DNA of 63,729 nucleotides, counting the filler, from Choristocarpus tenellus KU-1152 (lineage: Eukaryota > Protista > Phaeophyceae), in the NCBI GenBank assembly GCA_964200185.2. It is 7 parts of 7 records of this genome, joined end to end, with 100 filler letters (N's around TTAATTAATTAA, not from the genome) between each part and the next. Parts side by side here need not be neighbours in the genome. Positions count along the whole stretch, not along the records: positions 25,191 to 29,692 come from CAXNAD020014258.1; positions 29,793 to 33,840 come from CAXNAD020016488.1; positions 33,941 to 56,958 come from CAXNAD020000270.1; 4 more parts are not named here. One strand, written 5' to 3'. The notes below the pieces were generated by a model. That model worked only from the letters and a program-made list of their open reading frames with translations, was not told the origin of the DNA and searched no databases. Of this stretch, positions 25,191 through 38,078 are shown in pieces. Numbering within the stretch: the first letter of the stretch is position 1; each line of letters begins with the position of its first letter. The position numbers and the translations under genes were made by a program.

Positions 25191-25847
25191 GGCTGGTGTG
25201 GACGACGTGAAGGGGGAGAGGGTGCTTCTGACCCCTCCCTGTGGCATGTGTTCGTGGGCGGTTGTGCAGGTGGATTTGCCCAAAGCTTTGTCATGAGCCC
25301 AGTGGAACTGCTGAAGGTAAGGCTGCAGCTTCAAGGAGGTTTGGTGGGACCAGCAAGCTCTGGAGCTTCCACCCTGGCAGCCAACCTTGTAAGTGAATCT
25401 GGTCTTCGGATCCTCTCAAGAGGGTTAAGCGCGACTCTAGGAAGGGATGTACTGCCTCACGGAGTTTGGTTTGCAAGTTACGAAGGGGTAAAGCAGAAAC
25501 TTTCGCGAATAGAAGAAGTGTCCTCAGCTGAGAATGGTCAACTGAGTGTCCACTCACAACTGACAGCTGGGGCATTTGCAGCTACAACAGCTTGGTTGGT
25601 TGGTTACCCGTTTGATGTCATCAAGACCCGCATGCAGGGGCCAAACTTGACCAGCGGGCCTGGAACTCTCCAGGAAGTTGAGAAAAGTTTATCCCTGTTA
25701 TTCATCGCTAGAGAGATGTATCAGGCAGAGGGAATAGAGGTGTTTTGGCGAGGTTTTGGTCTGAAGCTTGTTCGTGCAGTTCCGATGAGCATGATTGGCT
25801 TTTTTGCCTATGAGAAAGTTGCACAAGAACTGCGATATTACACGTGA
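25191..25847 (+). CDS. Mitochondrial carrier (SLC25) protein, 3' part; resembles the amino-acid/carnitine carrier group
   Basis: PX[DE]XX[KR]XRXQ signatures SPVELLKVRLQ and YPFDVIKTRMQ, plus RGLSATLGRDVLPHGVWFASYE and FWRGFGLKLVRAVP. The frame is open back to the contig start. Confidence 0.93.
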   Translation, partial: GWCGRREGGEGASDPSLWHVFVGGCAGGFAQSFVMSPVELLKVRLQLQGGLVGPASSGASTLAANLVSESGLRILSRGLSATLGRDVLPHGVWFASYEGVKQKLSRIEEVSSAENGQLSVHSQLTAGAFAATTAWLVGYPFDVIKTRMQGPNLTSGPGTLQEVEKSLSLLFIAREMYQAEGIEVFWRGFGLKLVRAVPMSMIGFFAYEKVAQELRYYT

Positions 25848-26049
25848 AAAAATCACCCACCTATGCAACCTAAGGAACGTAGCAGGACTAGAAAGGCATC
25901 TTACATCATACATCGAGTTACCCTTCATGTTGCAAAGTACATACGATTTTTATACTGTAACATTGTGTATATGCAAGATTACATTGTAAAACTGTTTAAT
26001 GTTACACCTACTTTTCAGTCATCCTATTTTGTCTTACTAACTTTGCTCA

Positions 26050-28750
26050 AGGCAGGTGGGCTAAGGAACTCCCAATATGCCCAGGGCCACAGCAGATACT
26101 TCTCATGTCGCTTGTTTCCATTGACCAATTCCTTCACACTGCCAATCAATGTGTGTGCATTCCTCAAGGTTTATACACCATATGGTAACCCGTGTCTGTA
26201 ACAGAGAGTTTCACTAGTTGTTGGATGTTACAAGTGCGACACTTTTGATGTTGTCTCAGCAGTTGGGACTAATTTCAGATAACGCATTTTCTGCGTTACT
26301 CTTCTTGGTGTTGCTACTAATGCCCATGATAGTGGCAATGTAATCTGGAACTAAAAATGTTGCGAGTGCCTGTGTCAAGGTCATGATGGTGGGATCAGGG
26401 ATGGAACTTGAACCAATCTACAAGGTGTAATTGATGTGACCTAGATAGAGCTTGAACATTGTCCATTTGGCGCCAGTTCTGAAAGTGTTTGGTGCCTACT
26501 GCCTATCCAGTGAGTTAAGGCGTGGGTGCAAAGGTTTGTGGACAATCCTTTATTATCCGAACCTGCTGCTATTGCCAAGTCACACACATATTTTTGTTGT
26601 AACTTGATAAGCCAGTATTGTGGATGATGTGGGTTCTATCAAGTTCAGATGGAACGTTGCATAAACAAATCAGAGTATTATTTCGTTTTAAATGGTGAAC
26701 AGATCTTAAAGTTTTCCTCCTAAACCTCTATATTTATTCATCTCTGGGCATGTCACACATATGTGGCAACATTAGGATTAGCAGGATAATTGTTACATAA
26801 AATGATGAGAAATACAAGTTTGTGAGGTTGCTCCGCTGTCAAAGCTCTAACGTATTTCTGTGTGAAGCAAGAGAAAGTGCTTCTCAATAGTAAGTAGTAT
26901 TTCAATTGCCTTATGGTCCACTCTCTTTCAAACAGTGGTACCATCCACAGATGAAAGAAATGTTGGCAGTTTGCACAATGCTACTAGTAGTACAAGAATG
27001 ATGATGAACTTACCTAGTGGTTTCAAGCATTTGCAGACCAACGTCTTCGTCATGTTGCCTGGGGATCCTGTGCTTCTCATACTTGATACTTCAAAGTACA
27101 TTGAGGATGGCTAATTTCCTAGCTCTAAAAGTGTACTACTTGAAGATAGCATTGTTTACCTGCACTTTAGCTACACGCTGATTTTGCACACTTAGCCATC
27201 CTTCCCACGAGATTGTCCCTTTCCCGCTCCGTATATCTCCACAATATACTACAAGCTACATTCTTCCCTCTATTATGTCTGGTCTTGTCACAACACTTTC
27301 ATTTGGGTGTGAGGTGTTACAACGTGCGCCCTCTCAGGAGAAATGTTGAGAAGTCACGAGTGAAAAAAGATTAAGGGAAGGGAATGGTGGAAATTTGAGG
27401 TTGATCCTGAAGTGTGGGGTGGATGGGTGGATTGGTCACTGTATGAGTGCAGATGAGTGGTCTGACTCAAAGAGCGAATTGTTGGCATATTGGCCTTTGA
27501 GCAACTCAAGATATTTGTAATGTGCACTCTTCTAAGTTTGTCGTCGTTGGTTTTTGGTGACAAAATTGAAAGATTATTCCCCTCCAAGTTTTTATTGGTG
27601 CATAGTAGGCACAAGGTCTCTACATCGATTGCTGTATGAACGCAGGTAATGTTGGAGAAGTGCAAGTGCAGGCAGACCTGATATCAATTGCAGGGGTGTG
27701 ATCAATCCCTAATGTAGTTGTTGAATTTGTGCAAAGTCTTTCAGTTTCTGAGTGTTCTTGCTTTTTATTTTCTACTCTTCAAGAGGTGGTAACATGTGAA
27801 GTATAAACATCTGTTGTTGGGATAAGTAAGTGTCTGGCATTGTTTGATATCCAAGAAGGTGTCTATGAGGTTGAGGTCTTGATGTATGATTTTATCTGCG
27901 TAGAAGAGAGTTTCGTCTGGATTGAGTAGAACTCCCCATTATACTCGATTCATAGTGTCTTAGAAGGGGTGTTGCTGAGTATATGGGACCTCTGTGGCTA
28001 CCTTCTGTTGCATGTGCCCTTACAAATAACACTCTAAGGAGCGATTTTGCGCTGCCGTGGATGAATTTCATGGGCATATTCGTGTTTTTATACTTTTTCG
28101 GTTGAAGAAACCTTAAGCGATGAAGTGACACCATTGTCGTTCTATGCATTATTGAACCATCCTTTCTTTAAAAGGAGTGTACTTAAGCCCTTTTGAGTAT
28201 TTGAGTCTTCTTCAACCCTACATGACACTCCATGCCCATGTCCGAATGCCCTAACTCCCATACGAGGCTATGGCTGAAGAAGAAAAGATCGACATTATCC
28301 ACGTGAACTCGTAGATTATCATGCAGAGTGCGAGATGCACAAGCACCAGAAAGCGGCCAACAGGACCCCAAACACTCAATTGCTTCTCACTCAGAGATAG
28401 GATGGTTCATTGTGGGAGTTGAGAAGAGACATGGATTCAATGTGAGAACATCTCTATTGGTGGTAGGAGATAGGCAATAGGCAAACAGCGTCTTCTTTTG
28501 TAGCATAGGTGTTGCTATCGATGCCAAGCTTGTAAGACAAGATAACAGTGTAGTGGTTTATAGTGTTGTTACCATTGCCAAGCCAGGCGATGGCTTTGAT
28601 ATTATGAGACCTTTACCAGAGACTCATGGTAGAAATTTGTACTGTTTTTGTAATGGATTGTTAGTAGATATTTCGTATTTGTTTATTTTGTCCCCAGGAG
28701 AGTTCGTAGTTTTTGGATGCACTAAGGATTTGTTGAAAAAGTGTATGTTA
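26050..28750 (-). mobile_element. Heavily decayed Ty1/copia-like LTR retrotransposon pol region
   Basis: Remnant motifs in copia order on the minus strand: protease-region LGNG (~28580), integrase-like WELGHSD (~28250), RT-like VNNA and SVDG (cf. YVDD, ~26945), and RNaseH-like DN...DTGYH (~26190-26260). Many stops and frameshifts. Confidence 0.45.
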
Positions 28751-28976
28751 GTATAGTGGTAACAGTAGCTTCGCTCTCTGGGGTTCTCCCATCATAACGT
28801 TTGGTGTAGACATCGGATTAAAAAAATAAAAGCATATTCATGATGCCCGTCACAAGGCGCTCCAGAATATGGGCTTCCTCATTTCTGCCAGTTTTTTCCA
28901 TTTTTGATGAGAGAGGGCTCATATTGGGGTTCGAACCCTGGATTGTAGGTCAATAAGAGTAGCAACAGATCCACTA

Positions 28977-29246
28977 TTACTTGATTAAAGTATAGGATTT
29001 AGGGGGGGGGGAAACCTCCCCACCCTTTCCTATGTGTTCGCTCACCCACTGTTTGACCTCGGCAAGGATGTCCTCATCGAGGCCCAGAACGAAACGCCTC
29101 TCGTAGCGCCCTTGCTCCGACACCTTGATGTAAACCTTAGTTAGGAAGTCTCTCTCCCATATACTCACAGTTTCCGGCCTGACCATCGCATATCCTGCTG
29201 CCATCTCGAGAGCCGTTTGATGGTCTTTCCCATCGTTCATACACAC
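28977..29246 (-). pseudogene. Transposase-like ORF fragment
   Basis: TVSIWERDFL...SEQGRYERRFVLGLDEDILAEVKQWV resembles the N-terminal W...S.RG.H...L.DED...W region of eukaryotic DDE transposases. No catalytic core is visible. Confidence 0.3.
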
Positions 29247-29352
29247 GTACAGATGATTCGCTGTTTTAGAGCCTTATCTATCACATTTCCTTGTTGAGCG
29301 CCGGAAATGGGCGTTGTCCGTGTTTCCTGAACGGGTGATATTTTATCAAGGC

Positions 29353-29615
29353 AAATGAAAGTATCTTAGAGGGTACGAGTTTTGCCCTGTTTGTCCATTT
29401 CAGGCTTGGCTTCCCACGTTTTTTTCATGACATTTTCCTACGGCAAAAATGTTTAGGAGTAGGTAAAATGTGTATGTTATGGAATGGTGTGTCCGAAACA
29501 TAGATATTGACGCTTCCTAACAAACACGATAACCAAAATTACATCAAAATTGCAACATTGATTGAATTTTGACCCCCAAATGGACGCGGATCTACCCTCT
29601 AAGATACTTTGACTC
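29353..29615 (+). mobile_element. MITE family B copy
   Basis: TGAAAGTATCTTAGAGGGTACGAGTTTTGCCC ... CCCTCTAAGATACTTTGACTC. Confidence 0.8.
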
Positions 29616-30235
29616 AGACGCAAGGGCGAGGGAGGACAGACTTGAGTTGATCGAAAATTGTGTTGATTTCTCGAATGAATGCAGGCTGGGAGNNNNNNNN
29701 NNNNNNNNNNNNNNNNNNNNNNNNNNNNNNNNNNNNTTAATTAATTAANNNNNNNNNNNNNNNNNNNNNNNNNNNNNNNNNNNNNNNNNNNNGGGTGGTT
29801 TTTGTAAGTTCCCTTCTCCTGGTCAGGACCTGAATGGATACCCTGATGTAGAGCCCCCCCCCCCCCCCGCGGATACTTTGAGTCAATGGGCAGAGTATCT
29901 GGCATGATTTTTTATGGACAGTACTGTTGAGATAAGAGTATGATGTAAGCTGTGGTGCACTTTGTAAGGTAGTGGCAGGTCTGGGCTTTATCAAGTCTTG
30001 TGAAACGCCGAGTTTTTTCGAAGTACTATAAATTGAGTACTTTTGACTAGAAATGGTAAGGCGTACGAGTGGTTTATCTAAGGGAACCACATTTAGAATG
30101 AAAAGCAAGTACTAGTAATAGCAGTAGCTTCCTACTGAGAATACCCCTAGTTCTTGACTCATGAATGGACCGAAGCATCCTTTAATCCCTTTGTCAATAT
30201 TCAAATGTTGTCTCCATCTCCTGCTCCTTGTGCAG

Positions 30236-30430
30236 GGCTTTGTAAGAGGCATTGTCATGCTGTGTGGCTTCCTCATGGTGCCTCGGCCAAGGGAATCAGG
30301 AGGGGGCTGCACTTTGACCATGATCGTCCACACAGACCTGGGTGGTAATCTTCCTATCCCTGTCCTCAACATGCTCTCCACAAGCAGTCCGTACAAGCTT
30401 GTACAACGCCTCCGTTCGAAATTTGAGTGA
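30236..30430 (+). CDS. START (lipid-transfer) domain protein, terminal exon
   Basis: After the acceptor TGCAG: GFVRGIVMLCGFLMVP...GCTLTMIVHTDLGGNLPIPVLNMLS...stop. This is the START C-terminal GxVR...DxGGxLPxxVxN signature. Confidence 0.85.
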   Translation, partial: GFVRGIVMLCGFLMVPRPRESGGGCTLTMIVHTDLGGNLPIPVLNMLSTSSPYKLVQRLRSKFE

Positions 30431-32822
30431 TTAGATTGTTCGGTAGAGTTGAAGGCTGCCCATGTATGGCAATAGTGCTGTGCTGTGCTGTGCTGTGTGG
30501 GTGTGATAAATACTACTGCTTGTGGGGGTGATGAGGTGATTAAGGGGAGATTAAAGTGATGCGTTGAAGTGGGATGGGTTGGTGTGGGGGAAGGGAGAGA
30601 GACGAGACAAAAAAAAAGAAAAGTGAAAACAACTCGTATATAAGTGATTCATTCTTGCGTGCCGCAAGTCAGTTGCTCCTGGATTTCCAGCCTTTTGTCA
30701 AACTGTAGTATATGCATGCCTCTGTGATACTTTGCACGGCTTGAAGTGTCCTAGTGTTTAGAGCCTCGCTCATCGCACTCGTATTTTTATCGTTTCTTTC
30801 AGGTTTCTGTGTGCCATGTGATAAAAACCCAGTAGCATGGAGGGCAGGTTCCAGCTTGGCCTTTTTTCCACATCCTGCCCGCTGATTCACTTACCGTTGT
30901 CTGAAATGCTCTGGGGAGTCTTTATTGTGCTCGCATGAGCTAGTTGGTGTGGCTGCTGGTTATGGACTGTATGTATAGAGAATGTGGTGTGTTGTGATGG
31001 TGTTGGTATTTGTTGAGGTACAAGAGTGTTTTGTGGGTCTCTTGCAGGTTGGTGAGTTTGTACTCAAGCAAGACGCATGGCACAACTTTCCATGTAGCCC
31101 GACTTGATTGTGCAGATTCGTTTTTCAATAGCAGGATGTAGGTATATTTTACCTCTGTACTGTTGGGATAGGAGTGGGACTGCCATGAGGGCATGTCAGG
31201 CCTTCAGCTTCATTGTGTTCTACCTCCTGCATCCTCTCCCACTATACTTATACACTCATATTTCCAGGCAATTGAGGCTTTGCTTTGTTGACTGTTTGTA
31301 TGCATGAGGCAAAGGCAACTTTGTTGGCACTGCTTTAAAAGGGGTTGATTTGTGAAGCCGTATCATAGCCTAATGATGTTAAGGGTGCTGATACCAAGTT
31401 GTTGGGCGTTTACAAGAACTGTTAGGCTGTACCTATATGCATAGGGAAAGGAACGGAGAAGGAGAGTGGAGGAATAAGGGGAGGAAGGAGCAGGGATAAG
31501 TAGATACTTTACGTGCTTATGGAAAATGCAGCTGGGTGGGGGCGAGAGGCTGGGGTTGTGCTGAGTGGGGTGGTTGGTATATGGATTTTTTTTAAATCCT
31601 TCATGTGTAAGGAGAGAGACCTTCCTCTTTGTTGGCTTTCATTCAGCAATTAAATACTCCTTGAGAGAGGGGAAGAAGACACTCCCTACCTTCCCTTGAG
31701 GGCGTTACTTTGTAAGTGAGAGATTTTTGTTTGGAAGAGACGATGGGTTGGTGAAGGATGAAGCATGATGGATGACTTCATGGGTCTTACTGAGACTGTC
31801 GAGTCTAATGCCAACCTGTTGTGGATCTGTCCCTTGACTTCTCCTACTTCCAATGGGCTTGCTTTTTTGCTATTTTTTTTTAGGTAGGGTTGACATACTC
31901 TGTGCAGAATCTATCGTAACATTGTATGTAGTGTAGTATCCAAGTATTTCGAGTAGTTATTTTTTCACATATTATCGTCGCCGCATTTGCTTGTTACGAC
32001 TTGAGTGTTAATGCGTCATGGTTGCTTGTTGAACAAAGCAAGGCCAAAAAGAGGTTCTTACCATGTTCAAGCAAAACTACTTGTCTTTAGCTCTTTCGTT
32101 TCTTTCTTTTTTACATGCACAGTACTGAAATAATGATGTGATGACGCTTGTTTGATTCTGTTGTGATATTTGTGGTTGTGCTTTTGGTTGGATGGTTTTT
32201 GACGTTGTTGTGATAACCGGAGAGCTACATCTGCCACTCAATCTACTACCGTAGGATTTGACCAGGAAGATTGCGTTATTGCATAATAATTCATCTCCTG
32301 GAAGTCGAGGAGTCACTGGCAGTAATCAATCGTCATTCACTTAGTTCTGGGTATGCACAGGGAGGTGACGCATGATGTATGTGTACTAGTATTTGTTTTG
32401 CGGAACTGGCAGTGTGTTTCTAGAGTGGATAGTTTAATTTGTCTCTCCATACCCATGCTCTTCTCCAGCGCAAGTGATAATTTGCGAAGGAAGGTGGATC
32501 TTGGAGTTACTACTTTATTGCATACAACTTGCATGATGATGCGAGCTATGTGAGATGAACAGGGCATCATCATCAGCATAGTGGTGTGTTCATCCCAGCC
32601 AAAAGAGAAGCTACAACAATAATAATAGTAACTCAAGGTTTTTCTCAGCTTATCGTCATGACATAATGCACATTCCTTTTTTGTTGGTCTCTTCTTGTTC
32701 TGGTTTAGAAGACAGGCATACTACTCCTAAATTGTTGTATTACATAGAAACTGGCTATTGCTGGCTACGTACATACACATTTCAAACCAAAGGAAAGAGT
32801 ATTGGTACTATCAACATCAAGA

Positions 32823-32999
32823 GACCCAAAGTATCTGTGGAGGGGGGGAGGGGGGGGTCTACAGCAGGGTGTTCATTTGGGCCATAACCAGAAGTGTATT
32901 TGCATTATCCATCCGCTGTTGTATGCAACCAAATCACACAAAAATTGCGATATGAAAAAAATTGACCCCAAATGCCACCACCCCCAGATACTTTGAGCC
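32823..32999 (+). mobile_element. MITE family A full copy
   Basis: GACCCAAAGTATCTG ... CCCAGATACTTTGAGCC, flanked by AGA/AGA. Confidence 0.8.
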
Positions 33000-33088
33000 A
33001 GAGTATGAACGGAGCAGAGACAGGAGGATCACTTTTCCCTTTTCGGTATTAGATGACTACATATTATTAAGTAATGGTCACTACTACT

Positions 33089-33202
33089 AACAGCCGATTT
33101 CAAAATACAAAAAAAAACATATCGACACTTTATCCCAGTCAATTTTGGGTCAAGCCCATCCTCAATGAAAAGCTCCATCCTCAATTTTTGAAATCGGCTG
33201 TT
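33089..33202. mobile_element. Small (114-bp) MITE-like element inserted in a (CTA)n tract
   Basis: Perfect 17-bp TIR AACAGCCGATTTCAAAA / TTTTGAAATCGGCTGTT, with TACT on both flanks. Confidence 0.6.
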
Positions 33203-34316
33203 TACTACTACTACTACTATTATTGGTCCCACACAACGAACAACAGTAGGCAGCGTAGGAATTTTATGTATTGATAGTATGCCACCATGATGCTAGGTCT
33301 GGTACTATGGTTAGAAGTCCTCCTGACTGAAAATTTTCCAGCCTTATTTGTTATAGCACCCACATCTGTTTGGGAAAAAGAAAGGTAGGATATCACTGCT
33401 TAGTAAATAAAATTGATATGGTCGATTTATATTAAAACACCAAGTAAGATGAATATCAACTCCAAGATAATATGAAATGCTGTTGTGGAGTTTTAATTTG
33501 TAAAATATACTATTAATTATAAAGAAAGGAATTAATACTACTACTACTAATGCGATAATAGGTAATAAAGTCGAAACTAACTCTGATTTTATGAGGTTTT
33601 TTCCCCCCATATTTTGAGAGACAGAAATTTAGCTTGTTGCTTGTCACTCTTACCTCCTTCCATCTGTTGAAACTTCAGTAAACCCCTCAATTCAAGTAGG
33701 TTTACTGAAGTTTCAATAAAAGCCCATCATGGGGTTCGTAATTTGTTAGACTAGGTGATATTTCGCCCAAGAGTTGCTATCCCTCTATCTAATCAGAGAT
33801 AACCTTTATCAAGACCCAAAGCATCTGGGAGGGGGAGGGGNNNNNNNNNNNNNNNNNNNNNNNNNNNNNNNNNNNNNNNNNNNNTTAATTAATTAANNNN
33901 NNNNNNNNNNNNNNNNNNNNNNNNNNNNNNNNNNNNNNNNATCCACATCACACACAGAAACATCATAGCACACGTCATCTAAGTTACTTTGGAACTTACA
34001 TCAAGTGCGTCCCACTGTTACCTTGTGTTCCTATTTCTATTTTGTTTTTTGTCCCCATCTCTGCTCTTTTTTTCTTTATGCATAAGACCCCAGATGCACA
34101 GTAATTGTTGGTTATTATTTTTATTGATTGTCATTGTCCCCTCACTGAGTACCTCTAGCTCACTCTGCAATAGTGCCCCAGACGCACACTTGGATGTAGT
34201 ACACCCAGAGTTAAAACCATCTACTGAAACCCTTGCCCGACAAGGTAACATTGTGAGTATTGTGGGTCCGGTCTTCTTACTTCTATCACTTTCGTCCCTT
34301 CTGTTTTACTGCACAG

Positions 34317-37300
34317 ACTACCAAGGAGAGCCTCTGGAGCGAGGGAAGTGAGGGAAGTGCCCTTGGTGACTCACCTCCGGTTAAAGATGTACACAAGACC
34401 TACCCACTTTGCCCACCGAGGGGTGGCATTGCGAGTGTATGATGTTAAGATCAACCAAGTGGATACCCAAGCAAGGTAACAGCAAGGAACTGATCTATGA
34501 TCTGTTTTACCACTGTGTAGCTGTTGCAATGTCTGCTAATTTTTTATATTGTTCACTGTTGCTGTATTAGCCATTTCCCCAAGATAAAGTGACTTGATGT
34601 GATTGGATGTATCATGCTTGGATGTGTGTTAGTGGTGCTGTTGGCTAGTTCATTGCTAGAGTAAAAACAATTACCACATTTTGATCCTTATTACATTTAT
34701 CTACCATCTACACATTAATCTACCATCTACACATTAATCTACCATACGAATACACAAATTAGGTAATATACTTTGAATTGGACACTCTTTGAATTGGGGT
34801 CACTTGCACAAAGAAGAGCACATACATGTTTTCAATACCTTGTTAATGCATCACTACAATGGACTATCATGGATGAGTACACACTACAGTGATGTACACT
34901 ACAGTGATGTACACTACAGTATGCAAACATACAATGGTACAGTTAGTCATTACACAAGGGCATCGTCTCATTCCTAGGATTTGAACACTGGATCCAGGAA
35001 GATGAAATACTCTTACTTTGATGGTACTACCTCAGAGAGGTGAGGGAGTCTGTGCTAGTATTACAAGCAATAGACACTCTGCTTAAATTGTAGAGTGATT
35101 CACATTTCACCTTTGTCAGACTTTGTCTTGTGCAGTCCACAAGTGTTGGAAGTGAATTCTCATTCTGCGTAGTACACTATAATGTTGGTAGTTCATGATC
35201 AATTTTATTTATCAGAGTGTGGTCCACTACCCTCTTGTGGTCCTGGTGTGTGTTTGCAGGTGTTTGGATGTGATGACCACTCTGCGACCGATTCAAGATT
35301 TCTTATTGCAACAAAAATCTCTCCCTGTGGCTGGATTACAACAATACATAGTTGGGGCTATTGTGGGCATGTGTGAGGTGCATGGTACAGCATGACATGT
35401 TCGACAATTTTGGACTATCATTAATTACTACATTCATATGGTCACTGTCCCTTTTTCTATCCTTTCACTCTGTGTTGTGTGTGTGTGCATGTGTGTGTGA
35501 GGATTCTTTGTTTATCTAGGCTTTATGAGTGCAAAAGCAGGGGAGTGGGATTGAAACAAGAAGACTGAGAGTGTGGGGCACCATTGTTATTGCAATTGTG
35601 ATGTTGCCTAAGTTGACTAAATAACTTGCAGCCAAGTACTAGCACACTAAACCCAAGGCATACTGAATAACCGGTCCAACTTGGCAGGCATCAGGTGCTC
35701 TGGAGTTTGTGATGGATCTTGTATGCCTTCTCATGGACATAGAGGACTCCTCTGCAATGACCTTCCTAGGAGGAGAGCCTGTGATTGAGCACACTGAGGG
35801 CAAGGCTCTGTCAGCAGCGGAGAGAGATGGGAGTATGTCAGCAACAGTTAGGGAAGGCGTTGGCACAAATGCGATTGTTGGTGATTTGGATAGTGCAACA
35901 ACAAAAAAGAAGGGTTTACAAGGTTTTCTATCCACATTGGTCACAGCTGCAATGAAGGCCAAGCGGAAGAGGGTGCTCCCTAATGATAATGCTGCATTTG
36001 ACAAGGGCATGTCATCTCACTGTGTGGACATCAGTGAGGGAGGAATGGTGGCAACCAGTGGGGACAATGGTCACAGTCACAGTCTTGTGTCTCAATGCCT
36101 TAACCATGGGGTTTGGTCATGGATGATAGCGTTGGACCGAGAGGATCATTGTGATGAGACAACATGCATTGGTGTGGCAGTACACCCAGTGACCAATTCC
36201 AACTATGAGAATTCTCATCAGGTGCTGCGCGCTAGACTAAAAGCTTCGTTTGACTGTGGACTGACCCCCCAACATCCTCTATTGATTACAAAAATCTAGA
36301 TTACCGTGTTTGAGATTACCATATTTGAGATTTGCGGTCAAGAGTGTAGATAGTGTAGATAGTGTAGACTACTCTAGACTACTCTAGACTACTCTAGACT
36401 CTTGTATCCAGACTGTGCTTTGACTAGAGATGTTATTGAAGTTAGGTTGATCAGATACTTTTAGTTCTGTCAGTGGAATAGAAAATTGGGGCAAATGATA
36501 AATCTATAGTGATGATTGTAACGGGATTTGAGTGTTAAGTAGTAGAATGAAATCAAGGGTTTGACTCTATTGACAGTTTTGTTGATATCAATTATGATCT
36601 TGGCATAAGCAAGGCTATTGAGTATGTTGGATGAGGTTATAGTGAGAAAATATGCCTAAACCTGCTAGATTGTGCCATCCATAGTATCACTATACTTCAC
36701 AGAATTTTGGTAGATGCTGGACTGAGGCTACTAGTGCTGGTCTTAGCCATGGTAGTACAGCTGAATATGAATAATAAATAATTTTTATTTGAAGTCTGAA
36801 AAAAAGAGGGTGTGATCTTTTTTTTATTTATTTATTTATTTCCTTTTTATTTTCTCAGATGTGGATGGTGCGATGCTACAATGGTGAGACCTACTGCTGT
36901 GGAGGGGTCCAGAACCTGAGCACTTGTAAGATACATCCTCTTGACAGGGTTGTGTTCACACTAGACTCCAAGACCCACACTCTGTATCTTGAAGTGAATG
37001 AGGTGAATCAAGGGGTGCTGTTCTCAGATGTGCCACCAAATGTATACCCTGCAGTGTGCTTCTATGGTAACCACAAGCACAAGGCAGTACGTTTGATACA
37101 CCTGAGGCGTGTTGATGTGGACGATGATGGTCATGATGAGAATGAAGAACAATCACAAGGGGAGAAGGAAGGGGAAGGAGAAGGAGAAGGAGAAGGAGAA
37201 GGAGAAGGAGATACAACAGTCGTACCTCAATTACCTGTGGCCCGGCAGGAGGAAAGGGAGGTCTTGGGGACTGAAGGTGGTGATGAGCAACACGGGATAG

Positions 37301-38004
37301 AGAGCCGGGGGCAGGATGCAAGCACAAGTCAAGTCACAAGTCCTCCTATCCTGACTGAGGGTGATACCGCTGCTGCTGTTGCTTGTGGGGACAAGGGTTT
37401 GGATGATGTGACTCGGGTGGTTTTGGACCGTAAGACAAGGTTGCGTCGTAAATGCAGGGCTCTAAAGGAGGAGGAAGATCTTCTGCACAAGTCGATGCAA
37501 GCTACCTTGTTAGCCTCCCCATCAGCTGCTCTGTTGTCTGCCCTCGCAGTCCTTTCTCAGTATTACACACCAAATAATGGACAGATGCAAGGAATGAGTC
37601 GCAAAGGTCTAGAAGAGGAGAATGATGGCATTGGAAGTAAACCAAGGGTAGCACAAGCTTGTGACATTGGAGAGGATAGACCTGAAGGCATATCAGGCTT
37701 GACTGGATACCGCACTATAGGTGATCATGCCAGTTGGGGGGCTTCAGGTGGGTTTTGATTATTATGGTTTTGACTTGTTCTAAGCATAAATGTATTTGTT
37801 GTGGTGTGATATAGATTGCACTTAGTAAAGGGTTGTCCATTTTGTTTCATGTTTGAAATAATTAATTTAACTATTTTGTATACATGGGCTCGCTCTGAGG
37901 AACAAACACTCATGCTCATCTCTTTTGTGGTGCCTGCTACCTCTTCATGTATCACACACATGTATCACACACATGTATCACTCACATGTATCACTCACCT
38001 GTAT

Positions 38005-38078
<74 letters not shown>

